Program-made: the position numbers and the translations under genes
NCBI RefSeq assembly: GCF_006345805.1
Contig: NC_043004.1
Location: forward strand, 37,386,001-37,450,000
Direction of reading: 5' to 3'
DNA from: Octopus sinensis
Taxonomy: Eukaryota
DNA length: 64,000 bases
Notes under the pieces: model-generated
The model's input: the letters and a program-made list of their open reading frames with translations, nothing else
Database searches by the model: none
What the model was told of the DNA's origin: nothing
In this document: in pieces, positions 62,201-64,000 of the stretch
How positions within the stretch are numbered: position 1 is the first letter of the stretch
How the letters are laid out: each line of letters starts with the position of its first letter

Positions 62201-62439
62201 TTCAGGTTTGATAAAATAAGTACCACTTATGTACTGGGGTCAATGTAATCGACTTATCTCCTCTTCCAAAATTTGAAATCAGTATTTATTTAGCTAAAAT
62301 CATTAGTTTTCCCAACAAATTTAATTTTTGCCATTCATTACAATTAAATGAAATAATCTTTTACCTCATCTTCAAAGCGTTGATGAATTTCATGTTGTTT
62401 TTCTGGCTGTCTAAATTTCTTTCGAGAATAAAATACATC
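25433..62439 (-). CDS. AMD1: S-adenosylmethionine decarboxylase proenzyme, spliced CDS, 5'-partial
   Basis: Nine exons (75,28,43,55,81,93,75,81,138 nt = 222 aa + stop) join in frame to DVFYSRKKFRQPEKQHEIHQRFEDEVSHLDELFNNGVAYTLGRINKDCWYLYTLDDEKISEPDQTFELLMWNMDQEKMKIF...[66 protein letters not shown]...*. FYSRK, PCGYSMN, TIHVTPE and SYVSFETN are AdoMetDC hallmark motifs. Confidence 0.97.
28483..28563 (-). CDS. AMD1: AMD1 exon (81 nt)
   Basis: tttacag|GAATCT...AATAAA|gtaagg; [27 protein letters not shown]. Confidence 0.95.
29509..29580 (+). tRNA. tRNA-Glu-TTC: tRNA-Glu (anticodon TTC), possibly pseudogene
   Basis: 72-nt cloverleaf: anticodon stem CCTGG/CCAGG with loop CTTTCAC; T stem CCGGG/CCCGG. 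One acceptor-stem mismatch (TCCAATG/CATGGGA) and T-loop TTTGATT instead of TTCGA. TTTTT terminator at 29588-29592. Confidence 0.9.
29593..29690 (+). mobile_element. 5'-truncated RTE 3' tail abutting the tRNA terminator
   Basis: AGCCTTCTGGCTTCACAGACCCCAGTTGAACCGTCCAACCCATGCTAG...(GAT)9, the same tail as the 13270-13577 and 30320-30650 copies. Confidence 0.85.
30320..30650 (+). mobile_element. RTE 3'-UTR copy
   Basis: Modules plus GGTTGGCGTTAGGAAGGGCATCCAGCC plus (GAT)n; 21-bp tandem duplication at the 5' end. Confidence 0.8.
30838..30912 (-). CDS. AMD1: AMD1 exon (75 nt)
   Basis: cttacag|GGTTAT...TCCCAA|gtaaga; [25 protein letters not shown]. Confidence 0.97.
33024..33116 (-). CDS. AMD1: AMD1 exon (93 nt)
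   Basis: tttttcag|AAGTGT...CCAGGG|gtaaat; [31 protein letters not shown]. Confidence 0.97.
34985..35308 (-). mobile_element. tRNA-derived SINE with a nested same-family copy
   Basis: Insert 35082-35239 flanked by AAGACAGA(C/T)GAAATAC at 35066-35081 and 35240-35255. Confidence 0.75.
35565..37170 (+). mobile_element. CR1/L2-type LINE ORF2 fragment (RT)
   Basis: AGLDGFPAILLK, KNYRLISLTSHISKVMERI, QHGFRPRRSCLTQLL, YLDFAKAFDKVDHG, GVPQG, YADDTKV; stops and frameshifts. Confidence 0.92.
37592..37831 (-). mobile_element. Pogo/Tigger transposase N-terminal HTH remnant
   Basis: RKKKHVFSSVNQKLQRIRELEASAAMTKLFEVYDVEKQTTLDICK resembles the pipsqueak/CENP-B HTH of pogo transposases. Confidence 0.65.
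39007..39470. mobile_element. Foldback MITE with long TIRs and 9-bp TSD (Mutator-like)
   Basis: ~165-bp imperfect inverted arms (A/G)GCATTCCTTTGAT...ATCAAAGGAATGCC; TSD CAATTCTG(T/C) at 38998-39006 and 39471-39479. Confidence 0.8.
39790..41620 (+). mobile_element. Highly degraded CR1-type LINE, interrupted by an RTE 3'-UTR copy (~40500-40820)
   Basis: EHGFGQSRSCFTQLLLHCDWVLQQLLDKSNVDVI parallels 36220-36340. Confidence 0.7.
44351..45200 (+). mobile_element. Internally deleted mariner element
   Basis: TA-flanked ~31-bp imperfect TIRs (...ATAGGCTGAC / GTCAGCCTAT...CCCTCA|TA); QDNAPAH and HPPYSLHLAPSHYHMF (decayed YSPDLAPSD). Confidence 0.88.
48965..49203 (-). mobile_element. Full-length tRNA-derived SINE inserted in an RTE fragment
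   Basis: Perfect 16-bp TSD GTCATCCAGTAATACC at 48949-48964 and 49204-49219; B box GTTCAAATTCC. Confidence 0.9.
49659..49739 (-). CDS. AMD1: AMD1 exon (81 nt), preceded by AC acceptor
   Basis: atttttac|TTACTTATG...AGTCAG|gtttgt; LLMWNMDQEKMKIFTKEASSNGSEASQ. Confidence 0.92.
49740..54332 (-). other. U12-type (minor spliceosome) AT-AC intron of AMD1, 4593 bp
   Basis: 5' end ATATCCTTAAC; 3' end TTCCTTAACATTTTTAC| (branch motif at + 49748-49756). No AG at the exon boundary. Removing it restores ...PDQTFE-LLMWNMD in frame. Confidence 0.93.
50830..52290 (-). mobile_element. Degraded RTE LINE inside the U12 intron
   Basis: IVNQVIQEGVIPSDWSSSVIVRYDKGKGDAFDRSNYSGI and an RTE C-terminal segment. Confidence 0.8.
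54333..54387 (-). CDS. AMD1: AMD1 exon (55 nt), followed by U12 donor
   Basis: tttgtttag|GTATCTG...TTTGAA|atatcctt; (W)YLYTLDDEKISEPDQTFE. Confidence 0.94.
55695..55737 (-). CDS. AMD1: AMD1 exon (43 nt)
   Basis: gcattcag|ATGGTG...TGTTG|gtaagt; (N)GVAYTLGRINKDC(W). Confidence 0.94.
56267..56398 (+). ncRNA. Minimal type I hammerhead ribozyme-like motif (Penelope-like element remnant)
   Basis: CTGACGA (56270-56276), 11-bp stem II with 85-nt loop, GAAA (56384-56387), C-AGCT-G stem III, GTA cleavage triplet, 3-bp stem I CCT/AGG. Confidence 0.6.
57460..57955 (+). mobile_element. RTE 3'-UTR copy with an expanded module array
   Basis: About six 45-73 bp GTGC(C/T)AG..AAAA.GCACC modules, then the common tail and (GAT)n; a similar array lies on - at ~62780-63220. 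Confidence 0.75.
58165..58192 (-). CDS. AMD1: AMD1 micro-exon (28 nt)
   Basis: tttctgttatag|GTCAGTCATTTGGATGAATTATTCAATA|gtaagt; VSHLDELFN(N); phases 0 to 1 bridge the flanking exons exactly. Confidence 0.9.
59340..59580 (-). mobile_element. CR1-type AP-endonuclease fragment
   Basis: IVIFTTYCPPD...HILLLADFNLPNID (YRPP...GDFNLP motif). Confidence 0.7.
60180..61010 (+). mobile_element. Rearranged RTE fragments (endonuclease part plus 3' part)
   Basis: VTAFVPHAGQ...AGDFNG-like segment; LHGSET...RLERNEAR-like segment. Confidence 0.7.
62089..62282 (+). mobile_element. tRNA-derived SINE with 15-bp TSD
   Basis: TATTTATTTAGCTAA at 62074-62088 and 62283-62297; same family as 48965-49203. Confidence 0.82.
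62365..62439 (-). CDS. AMD1: AMD1 exon (75 nt)
   Basis: Minus strand tttacag|GATGTA...GATGAG|gtaaaa; DVFYSRKKFRQPEKQHEIHQRFEDE. Confidence 0.95.
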
Positions 62440-63539
62440 CTGTAAAAAAAATTGTCAAGAATTTAATCAACCAAGTTTAGTATTAGTATTCTAATCCTGA
62501 TCTTGTCTATTTATATTTGCTGCCACTACAGTTGCTATGCCAGCTGTAGTAGCCATTTAGAAAATATTTTATGCAAACAAGTGACATAGGAATCATAAAT
62601 ACAAGGGAACTAATATAAAAATTAATGAATATAAATGGCTCAATCAGAAAAACTTCATCAAAATAGCTACTGGACAGGTCATTGCAAATATAAATCATAG
62701 AACATTAATACGGTAAAAAAGTGTCCAAAACTTTGATATAAAACTGACTTTTTTGCTGAGTGCAACAAACCTCACAACACCATCATTTAATGTCCGCTTT
62801 CCATGCTAGCATGGGTTAGACGATTTGACTGAGGACTGGCAAACCAGATGGCTGCACCAGGCTCCAATCTGATCTGGCAGAGTTTCTACACCTGGATGCC
62901 CTTCCTAACGCCAACTACTCCGAGAGTGTAGTGGGTGCTTTTACGTGCCACCGGCACGAGGGCCAGTCAGGCGGTACTGGCAACAGCCATGCTCAAATGG
63001 TGTTTTTTACATGCCACCTGTACAGGAGCTAGTCCAGTGGCACTGGCAATGAACTCACTCTAATGTTTTTTCAAGTACCAGTAAGGCGATGCTAGTAACA
63101 ATCACATTTGAATGGTGCTTTTTACATGTCACCAGCTCGGAAGCCAGTCAGCTGCTCTGGCAACGATCATGCTCAAATGGTGCTCTTAGCGCTCCCACTA
63201 GCATGGTTGCCAGTCATCGAATTTTTAGAAATGTGTCTTCTAAAATTGTTTTGTTTTTTTTAATAAAGAAAGAATAAATTTATAGTCTCTTAAGATTAGT
63301 ACACTACCATAATTTAGCTGATGTGCAATAAGTCATTCTGAAATCTAAAAATATAAACAGTATTTTTATATTTAACAATTGTGAATTTATAGATAGCATG
63401 AAAGAACAAATTGGCAACATATTTTCTCATTAAAAAAAAAAAATTATTCTAAGTGAAAACAGTATTTCACTTTTATTATAATCCAAAGTTATATTTTCTT
63501 TGCAATTTACCTTATTTTCAAGATCTAACACATCAAATG

Positions 63540-64000
63540 ATATAAGAATAAACATCCCTAGAAATGTAACACTAGAGAAATTCTGAGAACTTTCAGAACA
63601 AGGGACCAGGAAACCATGCTGGTCCTATGGAGGACATTTGTCCCCAGCCATTTGGGCTACTACTTTCAGCTGTGATCCCACAGTGTCAAATTAATAATGG
63701 ACCTTGAGACAGTTTAGCAGTGCTACACCAGGAAGATTACATCACTAGAACAGCTGAGGTACTAGGAGACACTAAAACAACTGCAGCTCTGCTCCCTGGA
63801 GCAAAGAGAGGAGAGATATGTGGTGATGTATTTATGGAAGTTCCTAGAGGGGCTGGCACCAGACTTGACATTGAGACTTATGCCAGCCCTGAGCAGGATG
63901 TCAGTAGACTGTTCCAAAGGTCCTACCCCCATCCTGTCTTAGCGTGAGGACCAGGTACTGCAATAGCTTGGGATTCAAAGGCCCACAGTTATTTTTAATA
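63540..64000 (+). mobile_element. CR1-type LINE 3' fragment
   Basis: Aligns by eye to 36900-37150 (GAAACCATG.TGGTCCT.TGGAGGACATT). Confidence 0.7.

Noticed and set aside
62440-64000. AMD1 upstream exons, Glu-Ser cleavage site and polyamine-sensing uORF
   Set aside because: Not found in the remaining sequence; presumably beyond the window, so nothing can be said about them.

Overview
AT-rich animal genomic DNA. The repeat landscape (RTE and CR1 LINE debris, tRNA-derived SINEs, long microsatellites) most resembles an octopus or other cephalopod; this is inference, not a database match. The window holds two convergent intron-rich housekeeping genes, neither visible as an intact ORF in the supplied track. 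(1) V-type ATPase subunit E (ATP6V1E) on +: eight coding exons at 4868-22100, with coding exon 1 upstream of the window. (2) S-adenosylmethionine decarboxylase (AMD1) on -: nine coding exons at 62439-25433, with the N-terminal exons beyond the right edge. The best-supported unusual feature is a minor-spliceosome (U12) AT-AC intron in AMD1 (49740-54332): ATATCCTT donor, TTCCTTAAC branch site, AC acceptor, splitting codons next to a putrescine-binding glutamate. Other candidates: a tRNA-Glu(TTC) whose Pol III trailer abuts an RTE LINE 3' tail (possible chimeric retrocopy); a hammerhead-ribozyme-like motif plus several short inverted-arm elements with degenerate hammerhead cores (Penelope-like); a Mutator-type foldback MITE; and nested insertions with intact TSDs. 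I see no prokaryotic features or CRISPR arrays and cannot claim a wholly new biological system. Repeat boundaries were read by eye and are approximate unless TSDs or TIRs are quoted.
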